In this document: piece by piece, positions 19,756-28,483 of the stretch
Numbering within the stretch: the stretch's first letter is position 1
Layout: the number at the start of each line of letters is the position of its first letter
Virus record (IMG/VR): IMGVR_UViG_3300046536_000804
Strand: one strand, 5' to 3'
Origin: an uncultured virus (IMG/VR IMGVR_UViG_3300046536_000804)
Lineage: Duplodnaviria; Heunggongvirae; Uroviricota; Caudoviricetes
Length of the DNA stretch: 64,000 nt
Translations under genes and position numbers: made by a program
The notes under the pieces: model-generated
What the model was told of the DNA's origin: nothing
What the model saw: only the letters and a program-made list of their open reading frames with translations
Database searches by the model: none

Positions 19756-20203
19756 TGGTCTCCTTGGGGTCAAAGTCGCCGATCTTGATTCGGTCGAGTA
19801 AATCATTGAAGTTCGGCTCATCAACTGTCACCTGAATGCTGACGAGATCGTCCAGAAGCAGATTGCTGGCGATTTCGAACGCCTTCCTGAAGGCGTCATC
19901 AAGCATCCAGCCCTCTCGTAACGAGATGCATTTACCAGCCTCATCGGTGTCGACGCAGATGTACGAGTGAGAAGGGCCGATGGTGTACAGGCGGGAATTG
20001 ACAGGCTTGTCGACTATCGTCGCAAGTATCATGCACGGATTGTTTATTCCGGTGAAGGCGACTAGACAAAGCTTTGAGCCGAATCGATTTAACAAGGCGT
20101 TCATCGCAGTGATGTAGATCATTCGAAGAGAATCAGCTTCGATTGGGATATTATCGCCGTCGTCGAACCCTTTCTTGTCGATCATGTTTTCAAAGTGGTA
20201 CAT
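19748..20203 (-). CDS. hypothetical protein
   Basis: 151 aa ORF with GAGGA RBS. Confidence 0.55.
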   Translation of the reverse strand: MYHFENMIDKKGFDDGDNIPIEADSLRMIYITAMNALLNRFGSKLCLVAFTGINNPCMILATIVDKPVNSRLYTIGPSHSYICVDTDEAGKCISLREGWMLDDAFRKAFEIASNLLLDDLVSIQVTVDEPNFNDLLDRIKIGDFDPKETNG

Positions 20204-20210
20204 GTTCCTC

Positions 20211-22073
20211 CTAGTTGCGGTTGGGATCCAGGCGGATCATCTTTTTGCTGGGCGCAACCGTCTGAACCTTGTCACGTTTCTCCCGGTTCGACACGCTGAC
20301 CGCGACGCCGTCCAGATCTCCCATGGCGGTCACTTCCGCCTTGTTGAGCTTCGAGACCGGAGTCACCACCGAACGAGCTTCCTTGAAGTCGTCCAGGGTT
20401 GGCTCCTTGATACCGCTACGAGCAGCGGACAGGGTGATTGCCTCGTTGACCATCTCAGCCAGTTCGGCGCCAACCAGGTCAGCAGTGATCTTGTCAGCAG
20501 CCACGTCCTTGATGTTGGCCGGTACGACAGCTCCCTGTTCGGCCAGCTTCAGACGCAAGATGACCTCCCGGTCAATCGCGTCCGGGATCGGCGTATAGAA
20601 GAACCGGCTGATTCGGCCGGCACGCAACGATTCGATCGGACCTGTGACGCGGTTCATCGTGAGCACGAGGAAGGCCCGACGAGACGGATCGGAGGCGAAA
20701 TCCAGAATCAGGCTGAGCATGCCCGAGCTGGTATTGCCATCGGAGGCACCACCGATGATGCCGCCGGTTTGCTTGTCGAACTCGTCCATCAACACCACGA
20801 CGTCACCCATCGCTCGAATGGTCTCAATCGCATCGGCTGTGTTGCTTTCCGAGGCGCCGACAAAGCTGTCCTTCAGTGTGCCGAGGTTCAGCACACACAG
20901 AGGCACACCGATCCATCGAGCGAACAGCTTCGCACTTATGGTTTTTCCCGTGCCGGGCGGACCAGCGATGGCGAAGCCGCTTGGCGAAACGATTCCCAGT
21001 GCCTTAGCTCTCGCGCTTCGGCAGAACTTGATCCGCTCGGCCAGCTCCTTGACGTTCTCGTAGCCACCCAGGTCACCCAGGCACGACAGCTCAGGATCCG
21101 AAGGATCGATGATCCGCAGGCCCTGACCTGCGGACAACTGCTTCGACCGCATATTGCGGATGGTGGGGATCAGTTGCTTCTTCTTGCCGTCGGGAGCCAG
21201 GATCTCTGGGACGAAGCCGTTGAAGCTGCTCACGCAGTAGGCAAGAGTTCGTTCGATGGTTATCGTGTCGAGACCCTTCAACGAACTGATCAACTCCGAA
21301 CGAATCTCGGGCGGGCAGCCTCGTTTGTCCGGGTTGGAGATGTTCTGCTGGGCGATCGTTACCTCGTTGTCGATCTCCGCTTCACCAGGCAAAGGCAGAT
21401 CAAGACGTACGAGGCAGTGGCGGATGTCCTCATGCACCCGCATGTACGGCTGGAGGAAGATCAGGTGTCGCGACATTTCGCCATTGGCGATCGTGTTCTG
21501 TTCACAACAGTTTCGCAAGGCTCGCCGCCACTCCGGCTTCTCGTGATTGAGATGCGTGTGGCAGTCCTTGAAGACGATGAAGCACTTGTGTTTCATCTGA
21601 TCGGAAACTTCACGGCCGCGTACTCGAAACAGAGCATTACGCAAACTGTCCGCCGTCAGCTTGGTGTCGCTGAAGCCGTCGACCATGTCCCAGGTGATCG
21701 TCGTCGCGCCGAACTGATTGAGGACGTTCAACAGTTCCTTTTGCAAAAGTTCGAGCTCTTTGCCGTCACCGTCGTCACGGCTGATCAGTCGGTTGAGACC
21801 AGCCAAAGCGTCAATGAGATAAGACGTCTGGAAGTTACCAGTCTTTTCGACCTGATCACAGATCTTCGTATCGATACCGCCGCGGAGCATCGCAGTGACG
21901 ATCGTGCCTCGGAAAACCTCGACATCGTCGAGGTTGTTTATCTTCTTGTCGGTCATCCTCCAGCCGGCGACACGCACGGCATCGACCACGCGAGACTCTT
22001 CGCGAGAATTCACATAGAACGCAGCCTGACCTGACCTGGCGTATCGCACCAGTTCTTCGATGAAAGATTCCAC
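20211..22073 (-). CDS. AAA+ ATPase (Ycf46/CDC48-like, degenerate N-terminal AAA domain)
   Basis: GPPGTGKT, VVLMDEFDK, TMN sensor, LRAGR arginine finger, LVGAEL; GTG start after AAGGGG. Confidence 0.88.
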   Translation of the reverse strand: MESFIEELVRYARSGQAAFYVNSREESRVVDAVRVAGWRMTDKKINNLDDVEVFRGTIVTAMLRGGIDTKICDQVEKTGNFQTSYLIDALAGLNRLISRDDGDGKELELLQKELLNVLNQFGATTITWDMVDGFSDTKLTADSLRNALFRVRGREVSDQMKHKCFIVFKDCHTHLNHEKPEWRRALRNCCEQNTIANGEMSRHLIFLQPYMRVHEDIRHCLVRLDLPLPGEAEIDNEVTIAQQNISNPDKRGCPPEIRSELISSLKGLDTITIERTLAYCVSSFNGFVPEILAPDGKKKQLIPTIRNMRSKQLSAGQGLRIIDPSDPELSCLGDLGGYENVKELAERIKFCRSARAKALGIVSPSGFAIAGPPGTGKTISAKLFARWIGVPLCVLNLGTLKDSFVGASESNTADAIETIRAMGDVVVLMDEFDKQTGGIIGGASDGNTSSGMLSLILDFASDPSRRAFLVLTMNRVTGPIESLRAGRISRFFYTPIPDAIDREVILRLKLAEQGAVVPANIKDVAADKITADLVGAELAEMVNEAITLSAARSGIKEPTLDDFKEARSVVTPVSKLNKAEVTAMGDLDGVAVSVSNREKRDKVQTVAPSKKMIRLDPNRN

Positions 22074-22089
22074 AAGCAATCCCCTTACA

Positions 22090-22123
22090 GAGAAGAACCC
22101 GACCGGCACGATGCCGGCCGGGT
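22090..22123 (-). terminator. hairpin between the E1 and AAA genes
   Basis: ACCCGGCCGGCA-TCG-TGCCGGTCGGGT then TCTTCTC. Confidence 0.45.
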
Positions 22124-22135
22124 GGACAGAGATGA

Positions 22136-22873
22136 TCACTCGACGTCGGTCGTCATCTCTGAAGATAACAAATTCAACAACTGGTCCGGCGCCACCGCCA
22201 TATGCCGCAGCCACCGGCTGAACTGGTGCAACATCAGCCCGGCGCTGATCGATGCCGTATAGATGGTGGCCCGCGCCGTGCAGGACCCGGAATACGCGTC
22301 GATGCTGCCGAACAGCGTCGTCTCGTAATACTTGTCGGTGTACGGCTTGTCCACGGCCAGGATGCGCAGCGTCTCGGACGCCATGCGGCCGTCCACGAAG
22401 AAACTGATCTGCTGCTTGACGGCGTCCCAGATCATTTTCCTGGTCTCGATGCTGTCGACGCAGCAGAAGACAGCCAACCGCAAGTCGCCGAGGGCTGACG
22501 CTATGTTCGTAAGATCTCGCATCGACGCGCGGGTGAACTTCTCCGGAAACTCGGTGACTTCACAGTCCGGGTTGATACGGCCACAGAGATCAGCAGTGGC
22601 CTTGACCTTGGGCCAGTTGATATCGTCTGGCCAATAGCCTTGCGGCGCCAGGTTCTCGATTGCGACGATGTCGTGATCGAAAAGGACGATACGTTTGGCC
22701 CCGAGGGCCGCGAGCTGCAAGGCGGTCTGCCGTCCGCCAGCTCCAACGCCGATAACGATCGGCAAGCACTTCTCGAGATTCTCCGGCGGCACCAGGCTGC
22801 GTTGACGAGAGTCACGCTGCAGGGGCGCCTCCTTGACTTCCGCACCAGGCGGATCAAGCGTTGCTTCGAGCAT
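22136..22873 (-). CDS. E1-like activating enzyme (ThiF/MoeB family)
   Basis: RDSRQ, IGVGAGG, FDHDIV..ENL..Q, CVDSIETR, DGRM; candidate catalytic Cys in GSCTAR. Confidence 0.9.
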   Translation of the reverse strand: MLEATLDPPGAEVKEAPLQRDSRQRSLVPPENLEKCLPIVIGVGAGGRQTALQLAALGAKRIVLFDHDIVAIENLAPQGYWPDDINWPKVKATADLCGRINPDCEVTEFPEKFTRASMRDLTNIASALGDLRLAVFCCVDSIETRKMIWDAVKQQISFFVDGRMASETLRILAVDKPYTDKYYETTLFGSIDAYSGSCTARATIYTASISAGLMLHQFSRWLRHMAVAPDQLLNLLSSEMTTDVE

Positions 22874-22901
22874 GGGAATCCTTTGTAAAAGGGGTATGTA
22901 G

Positions 22902-23060
22902 AAAAACAGCCGAACGCAGTGGGCTAGTTCTGTGTTGCCGGTGAGGCAGATAGGCTTTCCCTGTTATCGGCGTAGAGGATTTACCTAGTACGAGCCGCCG
23001 AATATGCCTTCCAGAGCCACATCGACCGCGTCAACACAGATCTAGACCACCGCTGTCGGC
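22902..23060 (-). ncRNA. candidate rod-like structured RNA element
   Basis: nested complementary segments GCCGA/TCGGC, GCGGTGG/CCACTGC, CTAG/CTAG, TCTGTGTTG/CAACACAGA, GGCT/AGCC, TCGGCG/CGCCGA; U-tract at the 3' end. Confidence 0.5.
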
Positions 23061-24272
23061 TCAATCGTTACGAGCCGAGGCGTACCGGAACGACATCTCC
23101 GCATCAGCCATATCGTCACCGCTCGCTGCGAGATCCTGAAGTTCAAAGTCGTCGAGGGAGCTGTAATACGCCTCCATTTGTGCCTCTTCCTCTTCCGCTT
23201 CGAGATCCATATCGATCTCGAGCTGGCGGCGATCTCGTTCTGCCATGATGAGGCGATCCTCCTCGAGGGCAGCTTCCCACTCAGCATCCTCGTCAGCCCG
23301 TTGCTGCCGTCGCTCCTGAGCGAGAGCGGCCTCGATGTCGGCATTTGTCGGCAGACCGTACTGCTCGGCCAGGACTCGGTAGGCCCGAATGTCACCGACA
23401 GCGTATCGAGCACGCAGCTCACCCTCGGTCATCCTCTCGTAGTCGAGAGTCGTGTCAGCCGAGGTGTGCAGCAGATCATTGATCTCGATAGCGGTCGTGC
23501 TGGCCGCTTGAGCCACTGGCGTCGTCAACGTCGTGTCTGGCGACGGCTTCTGCACCATCTCCAGAACTGCTATGGCGTCCTTGTCGCCTTTTGTGGCCCG
23601 GGCGACGAGAGAGTCGAGCGTTTCGGCACCCTCGAACTTCTTGCTGTTGCCGTGACTTTGCCAGCTAGCGTACGACGCCTGTCGCTGGTCGATTGACAGA
23701 TGACCGTAGTGGTCGTAATCGAACTGCCCTTGAGGATTCACGTGCTCGTTGAACTCGTCTTGCCAGTTACAGATTTCGTTGTCGATATCGTACCTATCGA
23801 CGAGAGCGGGAAATCCTGACCAGTCGACCGCGACGGCCAACTCTGTGGAATAACCCGGTCCGATGTTGAACTTCAGCCGAGCATACGTTCGATCGGTGCG
23901 GCTGAGAATGAACATGATCGCCCAGTCGCACGTGCCGAACGCTTCGCGAAAGGTCGTCTCATCTGCGTGGCTCGGCTCCGGGGAAGACCCGGGATGGGTA
24001 TGACACCAGATGCGAAGAAATTCACAAGGCTGAAGCTTGCGATCGACGCATTCGTCGGTGAATTCACCGACCGCGATATCGTCCAGGTCGACGCTGTCGC
24101 TTTCGTTGAGCTGCTTGACGGTGTGGAACTCGTCGATGTAGAGAGGCTGATGCTTCGAGGAGATGGCGAACCCACCGATCTCGGTGTGACCGCGGTGACA
24201 GAACCACTGCAATTTCATCCAAGCAATTGCCGAGAAGGTGAGAACCTTCCCTTTGTTTGAGTAAAAACTCAT
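23061..24272 (-). CDS. JAB/MPN+ metallo-isopeptidase (deubiquitinase-like) with acidic tail
   Basis: TEIGG and HTHPGSSPEPSHAD match E...HxHx7SxxD. Confidence 0.88.
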   Translation of the reverse strand: MSFYSNKGKVLTFSAIAWMKLQWFCHRGHTEIGGFAISSKHQPLYIDEFHTVKQLNESDSVDLDDIAVGEFTDECVDRKLQPCEFLRIWCHTHPGSSPEPSHADETTFREAFGTCDWAIMFILSRTDRTYARLKFNIGPGYSTELAVAVDWSGFPALVDRYDIDNEICNWQDEFNEHVNPQGQFDYDHYGHLSIDQRQASYASWQSHGNSKKFEGAETLDSLVARATKGDKDAIAVLEMVQKPSPDTTLTTPVAQAASTTAIEINDLLHTSADTTLDYERMTEGELRARYAVGDIRAYRVLAEQYGLPTNADIEAALAQERRQQRADEDAEWEAALEEDRLIMAERDRRQLEIDMDLEAEEEEAQMEAYYSSLDDFELQDLAASGDDMADAEMSFRYASARND

Positions 24273-24311
24273 GAGTTCCTCGTTGGTGATGGAAGTTGGT
24301 AAACGCCGGCG

Positions 24312-25469
24312 TCAGAACACCGGGATGGCCTCAACTACTTCATTCATCTCGTTCATCTCATCGACTGTGTCCGTAATTCCGTCGATACAACGGTTGGTAG
24401 CGCACTTGCGGCACACCCGCAACGCATTGAGCTCCTGGATGGTCTCCGTGAGAGTTCTGCAGGTGACGCACGTTTGTCGAGTTACACAATTCGTGCAAAG
24501 ATTGGCATCCCCTGCCGTTACCGTAACACACGCAGGACACCGGACGGCGTTGCAACCGTCACAAACTATTTGACAGTCGTTGCAAGCCACCTTGCGACAA
24601 GAACACCGCATCAGGCAGTTCGAGCATCCGTACTTGTCTTCGCAGTGAGCACAACAACGCGAGCAATCCTCGCAGATTAGGTTATCGCATCCTGTGCAAT
24701 TCTCGAGACAGTGAGTGCTGGCGCAGTTGGAGCAAATGTCGTCACTTGACGACTCCGGTTCGAACCACTGAGAGATTTCGGCGTATACGCTGTCGGGTGC
24801 GTAGTTAATCAGGACTGCTTCCGCCATTTGGAAAACGTCGACGAATCGACCTTCCGCCATGGCTTTATTAACTGGAGCTTGGGCGTCACCCAGGCAGATG
24901 TAGTTGCTATCGACATGTGGATGGGTCACCGACACGTCGCTCGGACAGCGATTCGGACTCACTGCAATTGCCTGCAGACACTTGTGCCAAAAGGCACCAC
25001 TCGTCATGTGTTTCCAACTGATCGTCAGTCGGAAACTGCCGAGGTAGAGATCATTATCACCGTCGCTGAGTTCGATCGGTTCGGTTAGCACCGAGATCGT
25101 ACCATCGCTGAAGTCGATCTTGACGTCGTTGAAGTCCCGCTTGATCTCTTGCAGGTTGTTCCACAGCTCCTTATACAACCACTTACGCCGTTTCGCCCAC
25201 GAGATCGCCTCTGCGATGTTATTCTTGTTCTGGGTGATCATTTCGAGAATGTTCTTCAGCTTCCCGTCCGTGTATAGCCACGGGTCGAACATCCGGTTGC
25301 TGATATTCAGCTTCAGCCTCTCGCCGATGTCTGTGAGATCGTAAGCGAGCTGCGTTATCGCCTCAGCTTCTGGAGCGATTTTGTCCCACGGGTTTTCGCG
25401 AGACTCGTAGGCCTGGTAAAACTTCCGAAACGCCGTTCGGTACGGATTCTTGTTTATGGTGTTAGCCAC
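24312..25469 (-). CDS. prokaryotic E2-like conjugating enzyme with Cys-rich C-terminal tail
   Basis: HPHVDSNYICLG (HPx...C catalytic motif); about 11 CxxC pairs in the tail. Confidence 0.78.
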   Translation of the reverse strand: MANTINKNPYRTAFRKFYQAYESRENPWDKIAPEAEAITQLAYDLTDIGERLKLNISNRMFDPWLYTDGKLKNILEMITQNKNNIAEAISWAKRRKWLYKELWNNLQEIKRDFNDVKIDFSDGTISVLTEPIELSDGDNDLYLGSFRLTISWKHMTSGAFWHKCLQAIAVSPNRCPSDVSVTHPHVDSNYICLGDAQAPVNKAMAEGRFVDVFQMAEAVLINYAPDSVYAEISQWFEPESSSDDICSNCASTHCLENCTGCDNLICEDCSRCCAHCEDKYGCSNCLMRCSCRKVACNDCQIVCDGCNAVRCPACVTVTAGDANLCTNCVTRQTCVTCRTLTETIQELNALRVCRKCATNRCIDGITDTVDEMNEMNEVVEAIPVF

Positions 25470-25490
25470 GGGTTTTCCTGGTTAGATCAA

Positions 25491-25526
25491 CCAACAACGC
25501 CCCGGTCGAAACCGGGGCGTTGTTGG
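25491..25526 (-). terminator. perfect 16-bp hairpin with UUCG loop between Ubl and E2
   Basis: CCAACAACGCCCCGGT-TTCG-ACCGGGGCGTTGTTGG. Confidence 0.7.
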
Positions 25527-25563
25527 AAAGGTTATGTTCTACGATCTACGCGTTTTCCGCGGC

Positions 25564-25857
25564 TTACGAGTTCTGCCCCTCGATCTTGGTGGGCGTCATC
25601 GTGAGACGATCGTTGTTCTGCAACACCTCGGTATCGCCGGCCTGCACGATCTGCCCACAGCGGGTCAGGCGGATCTTGTAGTTCTCCGGCTTGGCCAGCT
25701 TGCCGACCATCTCCTTGAAGACCTGCATCGCCGTCGTACCCTTTGGGTAGTCGACCGCATTGGCGAAACCGGCGCCTTCGTTGTGGATGACCATGACCTT
25801 GATGGTATCGGGGGACTCGCTGCCGCTGCCGATGTCCGGGGTCGTTTCGTCGCTCAT
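25564..25857 (-). CDS. ubiquitin-like beta-grasp protein (Ubl)
   Basis: 97 aa; IKVMVI...KGTT...YKIRL...VLQNNDRLTMTPTKIEG-QNS; first gene before E2, JAB and E1. Confidence 0.82.
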   Translation of the reverse strand: MSDETTPDIGSGSESPDTIKVMVIHNEGAGFANAVDYPKGTTAMQVFKEMVGKLAKPENYKIRLTRCGQIVQAGDTEVLQNNDRLTMTPTKIEGQNS

Positions 25858-25875
25858 TCAACTGACTCCTACGTG

Positions 25876-25907
25876 AAAAGAAAAAGGCAGCCAATTTGGC
25901 TGCCTTT
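25876..25907 (-). terminator. intrinsic terminator upstream of Ubl
   Basis: AAAGGCAGCCA-AAT-TGGCTGCCTTT followed by TTCTTTT. Confidence 0.65.
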
Positions 25908-25928
25908 GAGATTCCGGCTGATATCCGG

Positions 25929-26678
25929 TTATCCGGCTGACGCTGCTTCAAGCTTTGTCAGCATCTTCTGTACGAACGCGGTCTGCCCATTTCGGATCGG
26001 CAACGATTGAAGTTGCCGGAGCAGAGCCATCGTTTTTCCTTTCACGGCTGCATTGATCGCTTCCGTTTTAGCGCCTTCGGCGCTCTGGATCGCGGCGAAC
26101 ATCTCAGGATCGTCTGAGAACTCGAAATTCACGCGATCGACAAGTTGCCGGCCATTGACGGCAATTCTTAACACGTCAGGCGGCTTTAGGATCCCTTCCT
26201 CGGAGAGAGCTTCGCCGATAAATCCGACGATCTCTTTGTCGAAAGGGTTTTCGTCCTCCTCGTCTGGAGGGGAGATCAGCAAAGCTTCGGTAATTCCCCA
26301 GGCAAGTTCTTCGCAGTCAGGCATGATCATCGAGTCGGCCGGTGTCACAGTCCCCGCGAGGGAGACGCAGTCCCTGATAAAGGTTGGCACGCTCGTGAAG
26401 AAGCCATTACTGGTCAGAACGCTGATCGCCGTCATGAGACGGTCATAGTTGCCCGAGGAGATATCGACACCGAAGTCGTCGCGGATCTCCATTTCGATTG
26501 TTTCCGGCGACCAGGCCAGTGCCTCGGCGCCGTAGGTGTCCATGAATGCGGTGAGCAGGTTGAAGGCAAAGGCGTCCGGGTTCAACCAGAACATAGCGAG
26601 GCTGCGATCCGGCTTGTCGGAGCCGACCGTCACCACGTTAGTTTCTGTTCCCAACCTTTGCATTCCCTGATCCGCCAT
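25929..26678 (-). CDS. hypothetical phage protein
   Basis: 249 aa acidic ORF. Confidence 0.7.
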   Translation of the reverse strand: MADQGMQRLGTETNVVTVGSDKPDRSLAMFWLNPDAFAFNLLTAFMDTYGAEALAWSPETIEMEIRDDFGVDISSGNYDRLMTAISVLTSNGFFTSVPTFIRDCVSLAGTVTPADSMIMPDCEELAWGITEALLISPPDEEDENPFDKEIVGFIGEALSEEGILKPPDVLRIAVNGRQLVDRVNFEFSDDPEMFAAIQSAEGAKTEAINAAVKGKTMALLRQLQSLPIRNGQTAFVQKMLTKLEAASAG

Positions 26679-26682
26679 GGCG

Positions 26683-27153
26683 TTATCCTGTCTTGGTTTG
26701 CGGCACGTCGAGCAGCCGCTTCTTGTGGAGGCAGTACATTGCGGTCAGATTGATCGCGGTGATCTCGATCGGTAACTGGGTCGGTCCGTCGATGACGTCG
26801 CCCGACCTCAGATCGAGATACCCTTTGACGCCGCTCATCACGACGAGAGTCGAGTCGAGAATCAGCAACTGCACGGTTGGCAGCGATTCGGCTTCTTGCT
26901 GCAGATACTCTTCCAGGACGTCGATGCTTTGAGCGATCGTTTTGCCGAACGTCGCAGTGATGCAGGCCATCGGTTCATCTGCGACTGGCTTTCGTTTCTT
27001 GAGCCAGTCAACCAGATACAGAACAGCCATTTCACCTGCTGACAGTTCCCACGTCGTGATCGGCCCTTCCCGGGCCGTTACTCCTGCATCCCGCAACGCA
27101 GTCCGCACCTGCAGCGGACTGAGTGCGAGAGTCAACTGGGACAATAAAGGCAC
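26683..27153 (-). CDS. hypothetical protein
   Basis: 156 aa ORF with AAGGAG RBS. Confidence 0.65.
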   Translation of the reverse strand: MPLLSQLTLALSPLQVRTALRDAGVTAREGPITTWELSAGEMAVLYLVDWLKKRKPVADEPMACITATFGKTIAQSIDVLEEYLQQEAESLPTVQLLILDSTLVVMSGVKGYLDLRSGDVIDGPTQLPIEITAINLTAMYCLHKKRLLDVPQTKTG

Positions 27154-27170
27154 GCTTTCTCCCTTTTGAA

Positions 27171-27443
27171 CTACCCGGCCGCGGAGAACTTCAACGTCAG
27201 CGCGTAACCGGCAACTTTGACACGACCCATTGCCAGGTCGACACTGGTCTCGCCGTTCGCATCGACCGGCAGGATCTCACCGATCTTGCTGAATCCTCGA
27301 ATGCCTGGGGCGACTCTGTTGGCTTCTTGAAGGGCGAACTGTTGCACAGGCTTGCCGACCAGCTCTTCGCGTGTCTCGCTGAAGAGCGTGATGGCTCGCT
27401 GGTTGCCTTCATCGGGGACGTTCTTGAGGACTCGTACCGGCAT
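27171..27443 (-). CDS. hypothetical 90-aa protein ending in ...FSAAG
   Basis: AGGAG RBS 6 nt before the ATG at 27443. Confidence 0.65.
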   Translation of the reverse strand: MPVRVLKNVPDEGNQRAITLFSETREELVGKPVQQFALQEANRVAPGIRGFSKIGEILPVDANGETSVDLAMGRVKVAGYALTLKFSAAG

Positions 27444-27492
27444 GGTCTGCTCCTGTTGATCTGGGATACCTAAGAAATTCGTCACGCCGCCG

Positions 27493-27520
27493 ATTATAGC
27501 TACTTACCGCCCTGGCACAA
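27493..27520 (-). promoter_or_regulatory. sigma70-like promoter
   Basis: TTGTGC-N16-TATAAT in the intergenic gap upstream of the 27443 gene. Confidence 0.55.
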
Positions 27521-27773
27521 GCTCAATAGATTGGCCGGTCGTTACATCTAGCGCCGTACTGCGCTGAGACGTGACAAACGGGCCAAGCTAAAGAGCTTGC
27601 GCCAGGGGAGACCGCTGAACGCGGTCCAGACCAAAACACTACGGACGCCGGGCAATCCCGGTCATGAGCGAACACGGACTTCTGCATACGTACTACATTT
27701 CACACCTCGTCTGAAGTGGCAAAGCAAATCCTAAAGGATTTCCAGATGATAATGCCGCGTTTTGGGCAAAATT

Positions 27774-28058
27774 TTAGCCGATCGTGATATCGATCGTTTT
27801 GCCATTTTGACGGTAAATCAACCTAGCCTGGGTGAGCCCAACGACCGCCAGAAGTCGCCGTTGAGCTTCAACGGGAAGTGCCGCGATGGCTGCCTTGATT
27901 GCTGCGTAATCGGGTGACTTGGTCGGCTGAAGGGTCTTCTCACCGCAACAGCCAACCCGTTGAACGCTGGTGGCGGTGAGCGTCAGGAAGGGGAACTCCC
28001 GACTCAGCGGCCCGTGCCCCGCCAGGCGTCGAATGCAAGATGAATCGAAGGCTCGCAT
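27774..28058 (-). CDS. hypothetical protein
   Basis: 94 aa ORF at the end of the virion gene run. Confidence 0.45.
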   Translation of the reverse strand: MRAFDSSCIRRLAGHGPLSREFPFLTLTATSVQRVGCCGEKTLQPTKSPDYAAIKAAIAALPVEAQRRLLAVVGLTQARLIYRQNGKTIDITIG

Positions 28059-28062
28059 TGTG

Positions 28063-28452
28063 TCAACCGGTGATATCGACAGTAGTAGGCGCCATGCCTT
28101 CTGCGTTCAGGATCATAGCGTGGACCAGCGACCTAACGTCTGCCTGGATGGCTAACCAGGCGTCGTCAGCCTCTGCTCGGGTATGAAACACTTGTGAAAG
28201 TGTTGTGGTTCTGAAATAGAAATTGCCCGGCAACGGGTTGTTGATCGGTAAGTTGAGTAGTTCCGCCGGTGTCGCAATATGACTGAGGTTCTCTCTTGTC
28301 GCTCCCGACGGTTGCGACGGATCTCGAGGTGACCGGATTATCACAAAAAGCTCGCTTGGCATGCTAAAGCCAAGCGCCACAATTACCTGCTGAAAGCTTT
28401 GATCACTCTGCAGACTCGGTGTCCTGGTTAGTTGAACATGGATAGTCGGCAT
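28063..28452 (-). CDS. hypothetical (virion-associated?) protein
   Basis: 129 aa ORF. Confidence 0.6.
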   Translation of the reverse strand: MPTIHVQLTRTPSLQSDQSFQQVIVALGFSMPSELFVIIRSPRDPSQPSGATRENLSHIATPAELLNLPINNPLPGNFYFRTTTLSQVFHTRAEADDAWLAIQADVRSLVHAMILNAEGMAPTTVDITG

Positions 28453-28483
28453 GAGATAACTCTCGAAATATACCGATGACTAC

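Noticed and set aside
20175..22034. 619-aa plus-strand ORF
   Set aside because: Antisense shadow of the AAA ATPase; no motifs, expected in GC-rich coding DNA
22136..25857. Thiamine/molybdopterin biosynthesis (ThiF-ThiS) interpretation
   Set aside because: E2 and JAB genes are present and no cofactor-pathway genes are seen
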